A DNA stretch of 64,000 nucleotides, from assembly GCA_010356995.1 (NCBI GenBank), contig ML996693.1:744001-808000 (forward strand), given 5' to 3'. Below the pieces are notes generated by a model, which had not been told where the DNA came from, searched no databases, and was given only the letters and a program-made list of their open reading frames with translations. Both the position numbers and the translations under genes were made by a program. This document shows positions 1 to 12,555 of the stretch, piece after piece (position 1 is the first letter of the stretch; each line of letters opens with the position of its first letter). Source of the DNA: Trichodelitschia bisporula. Its lineage: Eukaryota.

Positions 1-680
1 TGCTCTTCTCTTCTTCTTCTTCCTGATGTTGGCCATCAAGACAGTCCGCGCCCTGTCAACTTCGGCCATCTGATTCCCACCCCTTTGCCCTAGAGTGACA
101 TTTGAAGTGGTCGAAACAGACGCAGATGTATGATGAATACAATGGAAATACGGCAGAGTCGAGTAGGTTGGTTCTACAAATAGTCTTTGAATAATCAAAG
201 GCAGCAAAATGAGCTCAGCGGTCATTGCGTGAATCTGTTTCTGTCTATCGGGAGGTGCTGAGATCCATAGTCTTCGATAGAACCTATGCCTGACACACAG
301 GGTGGGCATGAGTCCAAGAAAACAGGTTAATTAGCTAAGGGGAAGAGGAACAGGCGACAACGGCCAGGCTATTGGAGAATCCAGAGTTGAGAGCTGTGTC
401 TGGAGTGGATGGGAAGTCTAGGAAGGTGTGACGTTTGCCAAGCTTAGGGGAAATGTCACCCCTCGGCGTGGGTTAGGTGGTCGTGGTAAATCAGGAGACC
501 CTTGCATCCACAGCAGCCCCACCCTTTGCGCAACGACCAACATCACCAGTAGAGAACAACATCGCTCCCAAAACACATTAGTGGCTGGTCTTATCTACAA
601 AAGAAGGACTTGACATCATCCAAAAGCAGACCTGTAACTCCCAATCCATCCTCACAGACCGTTAACCAAGTTCTCACTGA

Positions 681-2502
681 CTAGACTCTCTCAACCGGCT
701 TTACTGGTTGTTGAAACGGATCAATCCTCTCCTCGTCATCATCCAGCTCATAACTTGGCCTCCTATCCGCACCCACGGCCCTGTCTGCAAGACTCCCAAA
801 TCTGTCTCCAGCCGGCGCATCCTTACTCTTCAGCTCCCAGCTCCCGACCCTCTCATGTCCTTTCTTAACATCTTCCGACACAATTCCTATTGGCGCTGCG
901 TTCTTGGGAATATTGAGATCAGTGTCGCTTGCTAACTTTGCCGACCCCTTGAAACCGCCCAAATCCGATCTGCGCCGCAAACCGCCGACCCGCCGTCGGA
1001 AGCGCACACCGCCTACCAACATCGCAAGCGCAAGCAAGAGGAGCAAAACGGCTAGCGTGACGCCTGCACCGAGAACGCCGGCAGCCTGTAGCGACAAGCC
1101 ATGCTTGCGGCTAGCGTCACTGGCGTTCGAGCCATCAGAGCCGGTGAACCCAGGGCAAAAGATTCTGGTCGAGGAGCAAAGGATACACCACCGGCTCACG
1201 TCCGAGAGCATGATGTCTTCGACTGCGGCGGCAAACTCTTTGAATTTCATGTTGATTCCTGACGGGCCGTTGTTGAACATTTGATACGTTTGAGCGGTTG
1301 GGTTGGGATTGGCATCGGTGGTGCTGCCGTTCGTGTAGAGGAAGCGGACCCAGAGACTGTCAGCATTGGGGTAATTGGCTCCATCTCCAGATCCAACTCC
1401 CGTGCTGTTGTTAATACTGAACAGCTCCAGCGCGATGGCGGAACCGAACGGCGGAATGAGCCGGAAGTTGGAGTTTATCGACGAGAGGTTCATCAGCGAA
1501 AACAGGGCTATCATGGGAGCGAAATCGCCGACAATGAGGTTGACCTTATTCTGATAACCTGCGTAAACCATATTGCTCGCAAAGAGACCGAGGACCTTCG
1601 CCGCAAGGGTTTGGCCGGCAATCGTGCGGATCCCATCCGAGCTGTTACCGTTCAGTTCCCACTGCTTCATCGATGCAAGGTTTGCCAGTTCATCCACGAC
1701 ACCTTTGAATTCGGCGCGAGAGAGAATGGCAGCAACGGTGTCGTTGTGGCGGTTCTGGTAGCTGACAAAATCGTAGATGTCAGTGGCGTAAGCGTAATCC
1801 CAGCCCGAAGGGTTCATGTCGTCCCCAAGTATCGCCCGGCCGATTGACTGATAAAAGTCGTGGGTCTGGTTTTGGATGTATGAAAATTGTATGGAGCTGG
1901 TGTAAGTACCACCGGACTCATAGTAGTTGTCACAATTGTCGTTACCAGCCACGAAGATGGAGTTCGGATCCAGCTCGCTCACAGCGTTGATGGACGGATA
2001 CTGGTAGCCATTGAGGGGATACTCGACATAGCTATTGTTGGCCACCAGTGAAGATGGATCTATGTACTTCGCCGTTCCATTGGGGAGTTGGAACGGAGGA
2101 TAAAAGCCTTGCATGAACGCGAGCGCCGAGGCAGTGGTGCTTTGAGTGTTTTCAGTCAAGACGTAAAGTTGCTGAGGACTGAGATGCCAGCTGGAGAGAC
2201 CGGCAATGACACCGGCGCCAACGAAGGGGTTGGTGTCGCCTGAAGTGATGTACCGCCTGCGGAGGAAAGAACCCTTCACCCTGAGCATTAGAAGATGATT
2301 CTTCTGCGGTGAGCTCAGTGCATACTAGGTTGTACATCTGCTGAGCTCCGAGAGAGGTGAGCTGGACGGGATCATCTGTACTGAGCGGAGTCCGATCGCC
2401 AACTCGAGCGAAGATTACAGTCGAGTGCACGGTAAAGACAGTTTGCGCGCTCACTCCCTCAAGCCACAAAAACACCAAAAGCGTGGCATATAGAGTCAAC
2501 AT
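681..2502 (-). CDS. Histidine acid phosphatase (clade 2)-like type I membrane protein, probably catalytically inactive; exons 2502-2326 and 2273-681
   Basis: Signal peptide MLTLYATLLVFLWLEGVSA; RVGDRTP in place of RHGxRxP; intron GTATGC...CTAAT...AAG (2325-2274) joins in frame to the 535-aa ORF; C-terminal TM helix (GVLGAGVTLAVLLLLLALAMLVGGV) followed by a basic stop-transfer segment. Confidence 0.8.
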
Positions 2503-5500
2503 GTTTCTGCTGCACAAGCGTATCTGCAAATGCGGTTCTCGGGGTCAGATTTGGTTTGGCGGTTAGGTGTTAGGTGTTTAGCAGCACAAGTGAAGGGCGA
2601 CCACCAGAGGCTGGCTTCGAGGACGGAAAGCGTCAGAAAGCGAAGATGCGCGGGGTAGTGGGGCAGAACCGCATGGCCAGCCCTTAAGAAAGTCCTCCCT
2701 AGGGTTCATGGCAGGCCAAGCTATGATGGGCTTATGTGTGCCAGTAAGCAGATAGCAGACGCGCCTGTGTGGCTTTTTCCTTTATCGCATCATGGCGGGC
2801 GCGATGACTACAGTGCCGGGATGCAGCACTTTGCAGGTGGGGTAAATGCAGCTCGTGCTCAGCCGTCCAGCCTCTAATCTACAGACCTCCAACGAGGTTT
2901 CAACGAGGATGCTATTGGCCGAAGCTACCGCTGGAAGCTCCTGTTGTTCATTTTAGCTGAACAAAGTCCGTTTCCGCATCAACAGCATGCCGGATTTAAA
3001 GATGATACATGTGGAGAGTTACGGTACTCCGGATCTAAGCTCAAAAGAACGAGAGGTGGTGAAATTCCGGCAAATTCCCTAGCTGAGGTCCGCCGGTAAG
3101 GCTGTTGAGTGACAACCCCGCGCTTCGACTTATCGGCGCGCTATCGCTTACCCTGGACTTGGCCGCATTTGTCCAACCCATCAAGCAGTCGGTGCAGCTC
3201 CGAGGTCAACTGAGGAAAGGCGAATGGCTCCGAGTCTCGGAGTTTTGATGCAGGCCCCATTGTCCCAGGAATCAGATAGAGTACACTTTGGGTTGTGGAG
3301 GCTTTCATGTTCTGGCCGCAAGAACTCGGAGTTGCAGAAGTAAAGTATACTGGACAGCTTATGGGATATGTTGAGAGTGAGAGGCTGTCTGACTATCTGA
3401 GCGAAAATGCGGGAAGATGAAATTTGGGGCCTGGCAGCGCAAGGCGAAACTCCGGCTCGGCACCATAGTACGCTGGGCCGCAATGGCAGCAGCAAGAGTA
3501 TAGGCATCCGGGGCTGAGGTAATTCTGGCAGCCAAATCCTGTCAGTACGCCTTTGTACTGAGGTGAGGGGTCTATTTTGAGCCAGTTCACGTGGCGAACA
3601 TACACCTGGTCACCCGAACGCTGCCCCTTCATCATCAATTCAACAATGCTATCCGCATTGGAAGTCTGACTTTGATACCACCTTGGGAATTCACATGGTA
3701 TCACTGTGCTAATGCCGGAAGTTGGATGGGCTAGCCACGGCTTCAGAGGCATCTTACTGCAAGGGAAATGTACCCAAGAGCACCGGCAGATTGGCTATCC
3801 CTTCGGTCAGCGCTGTCAATTGCCGTAGCCATCAGGTCTGCGCTATCGCATGTCATTTCGCCGGATAATCCAGGGGCTACTCGAAAAAGCGGTTACGATG
3901 ATTTTGTCTTGAAGTGCTAGAGGTCACTCCGAGTAAAGTTTGGGTCGAAGAGCTACCTAAAAAGGTCGTGGCCTATGCCGTCCGCAAAGGCACCCAGATA
4001 GGGTGGCCACGGTTCTCTCGAGTATCCCTTAATCGCTCGCTGCTGTGCGATTCAACTTGCGCTGCTCGGTGCCAGTAGATAGGGAACTCGCTCTGAGAGC
4101 CCCCTTCATATCCATTAAGCTGCGCGTGCTCACGGATGCAAGTAGCCATTCCAAATGTACCATTTCTAGAATTGCGGCAGCGCGGTTGAATAAATCACAT
4201 TAACCACGTCTGTTTAAGAGAGGTTTACTGATTGGTACCAACGTACGGTGGTCTTTGGTACGCCATTTGGAGCCATGCTCATGGGCTGGGGGTAGTGGCT
4301 GGGAGTCGCAAATACCTTGGGAGCGCGGCGACATGCGGAGTTGCACAATGCGGGTGGAGATAGCAGCAGCGGGGCGGCGGAGGGCGTCGGCACAGGGCGC
4401 CCTGCGCAAACTCGTGGGACCCAAGGGACTGCGACCCATTGTTAGCAAACTGCTACTGGCATGTTCGACATCATCTGCTATGCGCAGGCGGACTTACTCC
4501 GACGCCTGTGGAATCTATGTGGTCGCACAGAAGCATGAGGCCGTTACGGAAAAGACGGGATGGGAACAAGAAAAGCGGGTGCAGAGGTCCCCTGCGTTTG
4601 GCGCGTGTAGTCCCTAAAAGCGGAAGGCTTATGGGCGATCGGGGTCTGAAGCGAAAGTTTGCAAATACCATGGCCGAAACCATGGAGAAAACCCCTGTCA
4701 TAAAGAGGCAGATGCGGGGCTGTGTGAGGAGTCGAAGTACCGTGGTGGGAATGCGATGCGGAGTACACGGGACGGGGGACCAAAAGGTACGCGGCTTGAT
4801 GTCAGACACGAGGATTGATGGTAAAGGAAACAGGGAAAACTGGCTTTTCTTTGGGTAGGGCAGAGGGCGCAGGTGTTGACGTGCGGCGGGCGCATACAAA
4901 AACCTCCAAGGGTCTGACGAGTTTGCCGATGTACCTTTTGATGCTGAGTTGAGATCGGGATTTGGAGTGCGATCAATGGGAGATTCGGAGCATGGAGCAC
5001 ATGGGAAAATGTAGGCGGCATGCGCAGCGACCAGGGATGTGATGGAGTTAGGAAGGGAGGGTGGCGCTGAGGTGGGAAAAGTGGGAAGAGCTGGGTGTGA
5101 GGGGAAGATATCGGATTGGTGAGATGGCGTTACTAGTGACAGAAGGCATCAGAAGTTTGCCCTCGTCTCCGTTTTGAGTACTGTAGAAATTGCCGGTAAT
5201 GATAATGACGAGCGGAAGTGGTTTTCTGGAAGATGCACATAGTACTACGTACCTGATAGAGTCTCTCAACAACACCGCTGAAGGGGTTTGATCAGGTGAA
5301 GGAGAAAGGAGGGAAGAACGAGGGCCTGGTTTGGAAGGAGAGCCAGTGCCCATTTGACCCGCGGGTAAGATATACCTTAATAAATGCCCTTTGGAAGAAG
5401 ACGTTCGAGGTCGTGGAGCGGGATACAGTGTACTCTGTACATCCGTACAATATACAACGTAGTAGGTTCGCTTGGTTCGGGGGCCATTGAAAGGCAGGAG

Positions 5501-8400
5501 GGGTTGTTGAGGACTGTGGACTAGAATTGCATCCGTAGTTCTAGACAGTTGCAGTGGTGACCTGGAAGCCAAAGGGCAGACCTGCAGAGCGCGAAGAAGA
5601 CCCTGCCATAAAGGGTCCTATCTGGGCCTTTTCCATGACAAAACGCCTCACTACCATCGTATGGCAAAACAACCGCACCAAAAACCTCCCCCCTCATCTT
5701 ACCTACCCCACCTGCGCCCTTTTTACCGCCCCTCCTCTCTCTACTGCTCGCTGCATCTCACCGACCAACCTCTGCCACATGTCTGCCACATCCATCATCC
5801 ATGCATGGAGCCCTGCATCTCGTCTTCGGATACGAAGCTTGCTCAGCGGGTTGGAGTACTACGTATCAAAGCCCCTCCATCTTCCGACTGTATAATTTCT
5901 CGTACCTCTCTATTCTGTCCCTGTCGGGTTCCTCATCTCGATGTGAAAAAAAAGCCTAAAATATTCTTCCCCAGTAATATGCAGAATGCTGCTCCACCAT
6001 CTATCGACGTCATCGGACGCTCCTGGCGGGGTGCTGATCCTTCCCCACCACAGGACTTTGGTGGGTCTCGAGGTTTCATACTTTCGTTCCCAGCACTCAT
6101 GAACGTGAAAAGCCGCGCGGAGCCGGCGAGTCCTCAGCGGTAACTCAGTTACTCGATAACATGATCAATTGGCGTACGTTGGCACGGTACAGTGCAGGAC
6201 CCGCTTGTTGTAAATCGCCATGACGTGTGATCTTCTTCGGCTCTTCACCTCGAAGTGCGCTCCTGGTCGGCTGCTCAAAATATGCAGCCAGTTTTATGAA
6301 GAAAGAGGCCGCGGTCTCGATCCAGCTATCCAACCTCGATTCCGGGCGGGATCTAACGCAAATCATAATTCTACCTTGGCCGAGACCCTTTCCTATACTC
6401 GTAATAATCGGCGGGTGAGCAGCAGGGGAAGCCCGGGGAGGGTTGGAAGGGGATCGAAGGGGACTAAGGGATCGCTCCGGACTCCGCGGCAGGGACTGGC
6501 GTTGCTGCATTGCATGTACGTACGGTAGCAAGAGACGTTCGGCCTTGTCGAATTATTCTAGTTTTGCCGAAGTTGCATTCATTCTGTCTGCCTGTAATCG
6601 AGTAGTTCTAGAGGTCACCGGCCGTTTGCAGTCACACGCGCCGTTGTTCCTTCCTCGGTGTAGGGCGCGAATAGTAGATGGGAAGCTGCACCGTCGCGGT
6701 ACAAACCGATCGATCGACCGATGAAGCAAAGGAGCTCGGTAGTCAACACTTTGGTTGGCGATCTGCGGCCCGGCAACTATTAAGCAGGAAACTACTCTGG
6801 AGAGAGGGTAGGGGCCTGAACCGGGGGTCTTCACGGGTCCTGAGGCCCAGGAGATTCATTCAGGGAACGCTGCAGGTAAGCAGAGGATGCATATTGTCCT
6901 CTTGTTTGAAGGGCAGTATCTGTTAGTTATATCTTCCATATGCGCCCCCGCTATGTATTGATCCACAACGGACCGACTGTTGTTCGTCGAATTTACGCAG
7001 TAGGCCAAGTGCGTGTCCGCCACTGATACCATTTGCAGGCTGAACGACTGCAGGGAAGCTGAAAATACTTCGACACTTCTATGCTAGAGCTAGTACTAGT
7101 GCCAAACTCTCCGCCATAGCAATGATGAACGCATATTCTGCGCTCAGTACCAAGATTGACGAGACGTCTACATGGGACCCACATCCCTTCATAGGGCCAC
7201 TAGTACTGTTCATCAGGGTCCCGAAAATGGAAGCGAGCCAAAAAACCTGAAGTTCAGGTCTGGCCCATCGGATGCCTAACAGCGATGGACTGGGGTCCGG
7301 ACTCCATTGGAAACTACGTTGTAATACCCAACGAGACAAGAGGTTACGCCTCAGGAACCCTCCAGTTCTAGAGACCGGACGCGGTGGTTGCTTCTAATTA
7401 GAGCGTCATTGAAGCGAACGGAGAAAGTGGCAGGCTCGCCGGAAGTTCGTGGGTCGGGTGGGTTGCGAAGCCGCGTCCTCTGGTCCCCCGGGGACTTATG
7501 CCTGATGGCTTTGGTGGAGTACGTTGCGCGTACCGTAGTAGTACTATCAAAAGCCTGTCCCGCAACACATGGGAAGGGGGAGACGAGGAGGCGTTGGTAT
7601 ACGATACAGAGTCGAATGATAAGTGGCTTGAGGGTTGTCAGCCTGGTCAGCCTCCCGCAGCTGGCAGTTTACCCCGCCATGGGGTCCATACAACTGACTA
7701 CGTATTTTGATAGTGCGCTTGAATATCTAGGGAGATAAGCAATAAGCGGCATTTGGCTTTCAGCGGTCCGTTGAAATATTACCAACTTACCCCGGGGCGG
7801 AACCATGCGTAGTACTTCTTGCACAGCAACAGATAGCTAGGGGTCGGACCAGGAGCACAGGGGGTGCTGCAGGATAGTCGCAAGCCGGGCCATCTTCTTA
7901 CCCAGGTCCAAAAAAGGTGGGTAACCTGGGGGCGGTCCCCCAGAACATGCGAATCTCGAGGGATGGCGCACCTGCACGGCCAAAACCCCATCTTTCCCTG
8001 ATCGCATCACTCTCTTCTCCCATATGCCATGATCGTTTAATGCCCTGCCGCTTCTAGCAGGCATACGGGGCCCCACTCGGGTGTTTTTCTTAAAAGCTGT
8101 GTTGATTCTCCCTCCCCTTTCCAAAGCCCTTTTGCTGCAGCTGTCCATGCACATATACCCCGACATATCCTCGCATTCCATTCCACACCGTCCTCCATTC
8201 TCAAGCCATCGCCCATTCAATCCGGTGTACGAACCGAGGACTGCCTCATCTCTCATTAGCCTTCAGTTTGGACCTGCATCGAAGGCAGCAGTTCCATTTC
8301 GTTGTTCCCTCTCAAAATCCACGTTGTCCGAATCCACCCAAAAAACAACGCCACCACTACCACGTTTCATTGCAGAAGAAAAGTCTAGGATTTCAAGAGT

Positions 8401-10026
8401 ATGGAAGGTCGCAACTCACACGGCCGGCGAGTCTCGTTGTTGAATGATGCCGAGCAGACTGCGATTTTAAGTACAAGCGGATGCAGTGGTGCTGGCGGCA
8501 AAGGAAGTTGTGACAAAAGTATCAGCAGAGGAGACTTCTCTCTTTTGAGGTCCGTGCCCTTCCCTCTCTACCCTCCCCTCCTCTCTTCCCGCCTTCCTCC
8601 ACGCAAGCCACACCCCTCTGATGCACATTCGCACCCCTCCACCCACTCCTTCTCCCTTCCCTTCAAGCCTCAGCCACCTCAAAGCCACTTGTCCCCCCAA
8701 GAAAAGCGCCAAACCCCAACTCTGGGCGTTCGTCATCGTTCAACCACCCCACCTCCACAAAAATGTTATCCCCACCAAACAAATTCGTCCCAAGACGCTA
8801 ACCTCTCCATCTCGCTTCTCAGGTCTTCTTCAGAACATCACCGCATCGCCTCTTCGAACCATCGCGAACTACCACCCGCTCTGTCACTTATATCTATCTC
8901 TACTCCCAGACTGAGTCGGCACGATTCAAGTTCGACGGATGATACCACACCGTCGCCCTTGACTCCCTCCCCATCCATCGACCCTGCCAATTTCAGGGCG
9001 CTCCCTATCCACACCAAGATGAACCATCACGGGCCCACCCCAGACTTCAGTCCTGGACGTGATGCAACATACGGTCTCCTCCAGTCTTCAGCGCTGCCGT
9101 GCGTCCTCTCCAACTCTCCACCTGCGCCCGACACATACTTCACGCCGAGGAAGACCATGTGTGACGCCCCTCTGGCCCAACAAGGCTTCTGCAGCTACCT
9201 CCCGCCGCTGCAAGTGAGGGACAATCGATCTTGCCCCTCTCCGACTATGGGTACAATGCCTTCTACCGCCGCAGTGCCAAAGCTGCCATCAAAGGGACAG
9301 AAGAGGACACAGTTTCCCTGTCCTCTTGCTCGGGAATACAATTGCCACGACCATTTCACCACTTCAGGTCATGCAGCTCGACATGCTAAACGCCACACGG
9401 GAAAAAAGGATGCCATCTGTCCAGAATGTGGCAAAGGCTTTACGCGCAAGGACAACATGGAGCAGCATCGCCGTACTCATCAAAATGGACGAGCGACTAG
9501 GACCTCATCATCTCCCCAACAGAAGTCGCCTCAGCCATCGGCACGATCGTCGCCGCCACAAAATCAAAGCGAGGTGAAGCCTCCTGTGCAGCAACTCCCA
9601 GTGCAACCTCCGTTGCCTCTCCCTGTCACACAAGCCGATACCATCCCTATCGATCCTTTGCTCACGTCGACCGAGTACTTCTCGCCTCAGCTGGCTCCCC
9701 AGCAGCTAGGCGCTCAGCAGCTGTACACACTGGCTCCCACTATCACAACCCCTCCGGGAGGGCAGACTTACATCCAAGGCCAGCAGTACTTCCCGCAGCC
9801 ATCAACTACATACAGCTACCCACCGCCTCCCGCTGTCGAAGAGCTGTCTTCCTATGGCTCAATGGTTGCACCTGACATGAATGGGTTGCAGACGCTTGCC
9901 CATGTTGCTTCCAACGATGGAGCAAACTACAGCTACGACGGCGGGAGCTACGGTGACACCGGACTCAACGGCGAAGTGTACCACGCCGATCCAGATCAGC
10001 CACAGAAGAAGCGTCGACGCGGTTAG
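8401..10026 (+). CDS. C2H2 zinc-finger transcription factor, Nrg1-like; possible in-frame intron 8550-8822
   Basis: Two C2H2 fingers CPLAREYNC...FTTSGHAARHAKRHTG and CPECGKGFTRKDNMEQHRRTH, resembling the Nrg1 FTTSGHLARH signature; Pro/Gln-rich tail; KKRRR NLS-like end. Confidence 0.85.
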   Translation: MEGRNSHGRRVSLLNDAEQTAILSTSGCSGAGGKGSCDKSISRGDFSLLRSVPFPLYPPLLSSRLPPRKPHPSDAHSHPSTHSFSLPFKPQPPQSHLSPQEKRQTPTLGVRHRSTTPPPQKCYPHQTNSSQDANLSISLLRSSSEHHRIASSNHRELPPALSLISISTPRLSRHDSSSTDDTTPSPLTPSPSIDPANFRALPIHTKMNHHGPTPDFSPGRDATYGLLQSSALPCVLSNSPPAPDTYFTPRKTMCDAPLAQQGFCSYLPPLQVRDNRSCPSPTMGTMPSTAAVPKLPSKGQKRTQFPCPLAREYNCHDHFTTSGHAARHAKRHTGKKDAICPECGKGFTRKDNMEQHRRTHQNGRATRTSSSPQQKSPQPSARSSPPQNQSEVKPPVQQLPVQPPLPLPVTQADTIPIDPLLTSTEYFSPQLAPQQLGAQQLYTLAPTITTPPGGQTYIQGQQYFPQPSTTYSYPPPPAVEELSSYGSMVAPDMNGLQTLAHVASNDGANYSYDGGSYGDTGLNGEVYHADPDQPQKKRRRG

Positions 10027-12555
10027 CCGGGTACTGCGACTTCTCTGATAGCACTTTCCAAGAGTTCGGACTCTCGTACTCTGTTACATATTCTCTGGGA
10101 CACTAATAATGGGGTCATGGATTCAGGGCGCACGGAGGGTATGAGGGATGCTGTTTGCATCATTGGCGGAACATGGAATAGACGCATCGCCATCAAGGCT
10201 GGAAAAGTACGGTGTCATGGTTAGCCGGGGTGGAACTGTGCCGGTAAACGGCAATGTCGGCGTGAATGAATTTGTTACGCTTCGATTGTCTCCATTTATA
10301 CCTGTAGGCAGCTCATGGTTCGCTTTGCTCCTGAACAAAAAATTTCGGCAAGCTGGAATAGCATGCCTGATATTCCTGCTAGATACTCTTGCCGAGTACT
10401 CTCATCGGGGCGGGGAGCGATGCGCAGCTGCATTCGAGCCAGGCAACGAGAATAATCGAATCACTTAATGATGAAACTTGTATTGCGTGTCGTCTGGTGT
10501 GACTTGCACGTATCTCTGCACCAACCATGCAACCATCGTTTTCAGAAGTCTGACAGAAATGGGACGTGAAGTCGAGCGAAGCCCAGACCGTTCGGTACCG
10601 CAACTCTCCAATGATGCTACAATACCCCAGCGGCCGAAGATGGGAGCAAAGTCTCGAACCATTCTGGGTCGGTTCAAGGGGTACGTAATGCCTCAGGAGC
10701 TGGGCCCGTACTGAAGGCTAGAATGCTCGTGGCCTAGCGCATATTGGCCCTAATAATGACGCAGCGCTCACACGCCTGTACTACTACCGCAAACTTTTAG
10801 GTTCCACTTTAACCCCGCCTGGTGTTCGCGTGGGAGAGCTTGGGGGAGTAAAGGTCAGGGGTTTTCCGCTGACTGCAGTGTGTAGTTCACCCATCGAATA
10901 GTGCGGCGAGCAGAAGACTAGGCCTAGTGCGTAACGATAGGAACAGATGGGTCCGTTAGTCGCTCGGACACTACCGAAGCTTCCGATCTGGCTCGTGCCA
11001 GCAGCCGGAGCCAGTGGGCTAGACTACGCAGTAGTTCTAACATGAGGGTCGGCCGTCGGCGTCCGGCGGCCTGGGCTGAGATGATTCTGTTTAACCATAG
11101 GCCGCAGGCGCCAAGGTCACCGAAGATCAAGATTATATACGTTGGTAGCTGGGTGTGGAATTGGTGGGGATATGGCCGTTGTCACCGGATGAACGCTGGT
11201 GTTTCTGCTTGTCGTCTCATATGCCTCGTACCATGCTACGTAGTTCTAGTAGGCCAATGGGTTCGGTGCATGTTTGATGGTTCCGTTAGAGGGCGCGGAA
11301 CCGATGGGAAGAGGAAAAGGAGCGACTAGTAGTCGATCCTAGATTGCATGTTGTTACTGACATGCCAAAGCTTCACGGTCCCCTTGGGCGATCTCCTAAT
11401 CACCCCGCTTGACCGTGGCTCTCAACCCCGCCAATATCCGGGCCGTCTCTCCATCCGGGTTTTAATTTAGCCTTAGACCAGGCACGCTCGAGTTCATCAC
11501 CGCCTCACTCACCTTACCGTAAGGCTTACGCATGAACGCATGAACGCAATGCAAAGCCGAAATTCAACTGTCGTCTCAAAAACCCCAGCCACCATCGAAT
11601 CGATGGCCTTAATACGTCCATTAATTTTCGAATCTACGCCTTTGCAAGCTGACAAGTGACAGCCACAATCGCTCCCGTCCGGTTCAACCGATCCGCGTCT
11701 CAGGTGCCTGGCTCGACGTAACCGCAGCCGCGCATGCATATCCGCATCGCTTGTTTAAGCCGACGGCTAACTGCAAGTGTAGCATTGTCTTAATGCTTTA
11801 TTTTACGGTGGCTGTTTCTTCCAAGAGCACATACCTTGGACCACTGTTGAAGGTGCTATTTACAGCAGTCATTAGGACGACGTTTTGTCGGAGAGGGTTT
11901 CCCCCCAGTCGATTACCGTACGGTAGTCCCCCTGCTGTGCTGCATGGAGCTCCTAATGGCCGACCTTCTCTTACAATACCGGGTGTCGGCTTCGGTACTT
12001 GCAGCAGGTAGAGAGCAATGGAGGTATTTGCAGCCTTCCCATCCCCGGAGACGGCGTAAGCCACGCCCAGAGAGTGAAATATCAGCACGCCTTTCAGCAT
12101 ACCTTGTAACGAAGGAGCACTTCGCCCTTGGTCCTGGTTATCCACACCAGCTGTGCCCCAGACGTGGGTCTTTCGGTGCATTGCACGTTTGACTTGCCGT
12201 TTAGGGCGTTCTTGTTGAAGAATTCCTGCTCCCCCGGTGCCTATCCGTACAGGCCGATGGATATCTGGCGCCACCCCTGATAAGAAACGTCTCAGCCTGG
12301 AGTGTGGCACAGCAGACGAATTAACCTTTTGCTATCAGGCAGAGGATGGCAGGAGAGCTGGTGGTGGCTATGCTCTGCAGTTATCTGAGCTGATGCCGAC
12401 CCTGTGACCGCACATACAGTCTACAAATGCTGGACCGATTATAAGCATCTTCCGTCAACTGGTTTCGGCTCTCAGACCATTCTTGGAACTGATCTTTTAG
12501 ACTCGAGCCCATCTATTACCCCGTCACCAAGAAAAGAAACCGATACCCTTTGACA

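Noticed and set aside
1..69. Minus-strand ATG opening MAEVDRARTVLMANIRKKKKRRA and running off the window
   Set aside because: Only 23 codons are visible; a gene call cannot be supported
2274..2283. Competing CAG acceptor 7 nt upstream of the in-frame AAG in the phosphatase-like gene
   Set aside because: It lies very close to the branch point and gives a frameshift; no evidence that it is used
2561..2581. GGTTAGGTGTTAGGTGTTTAG telomere-like run
   Set aside because: Short, not TTAGGG, and no telomerase-template context
11798..12310. 170-aa minus ORF and a VIDWG kinase-like word in an adjacent frame
   Set aside because: No other kinase motifs, and stops flank the word
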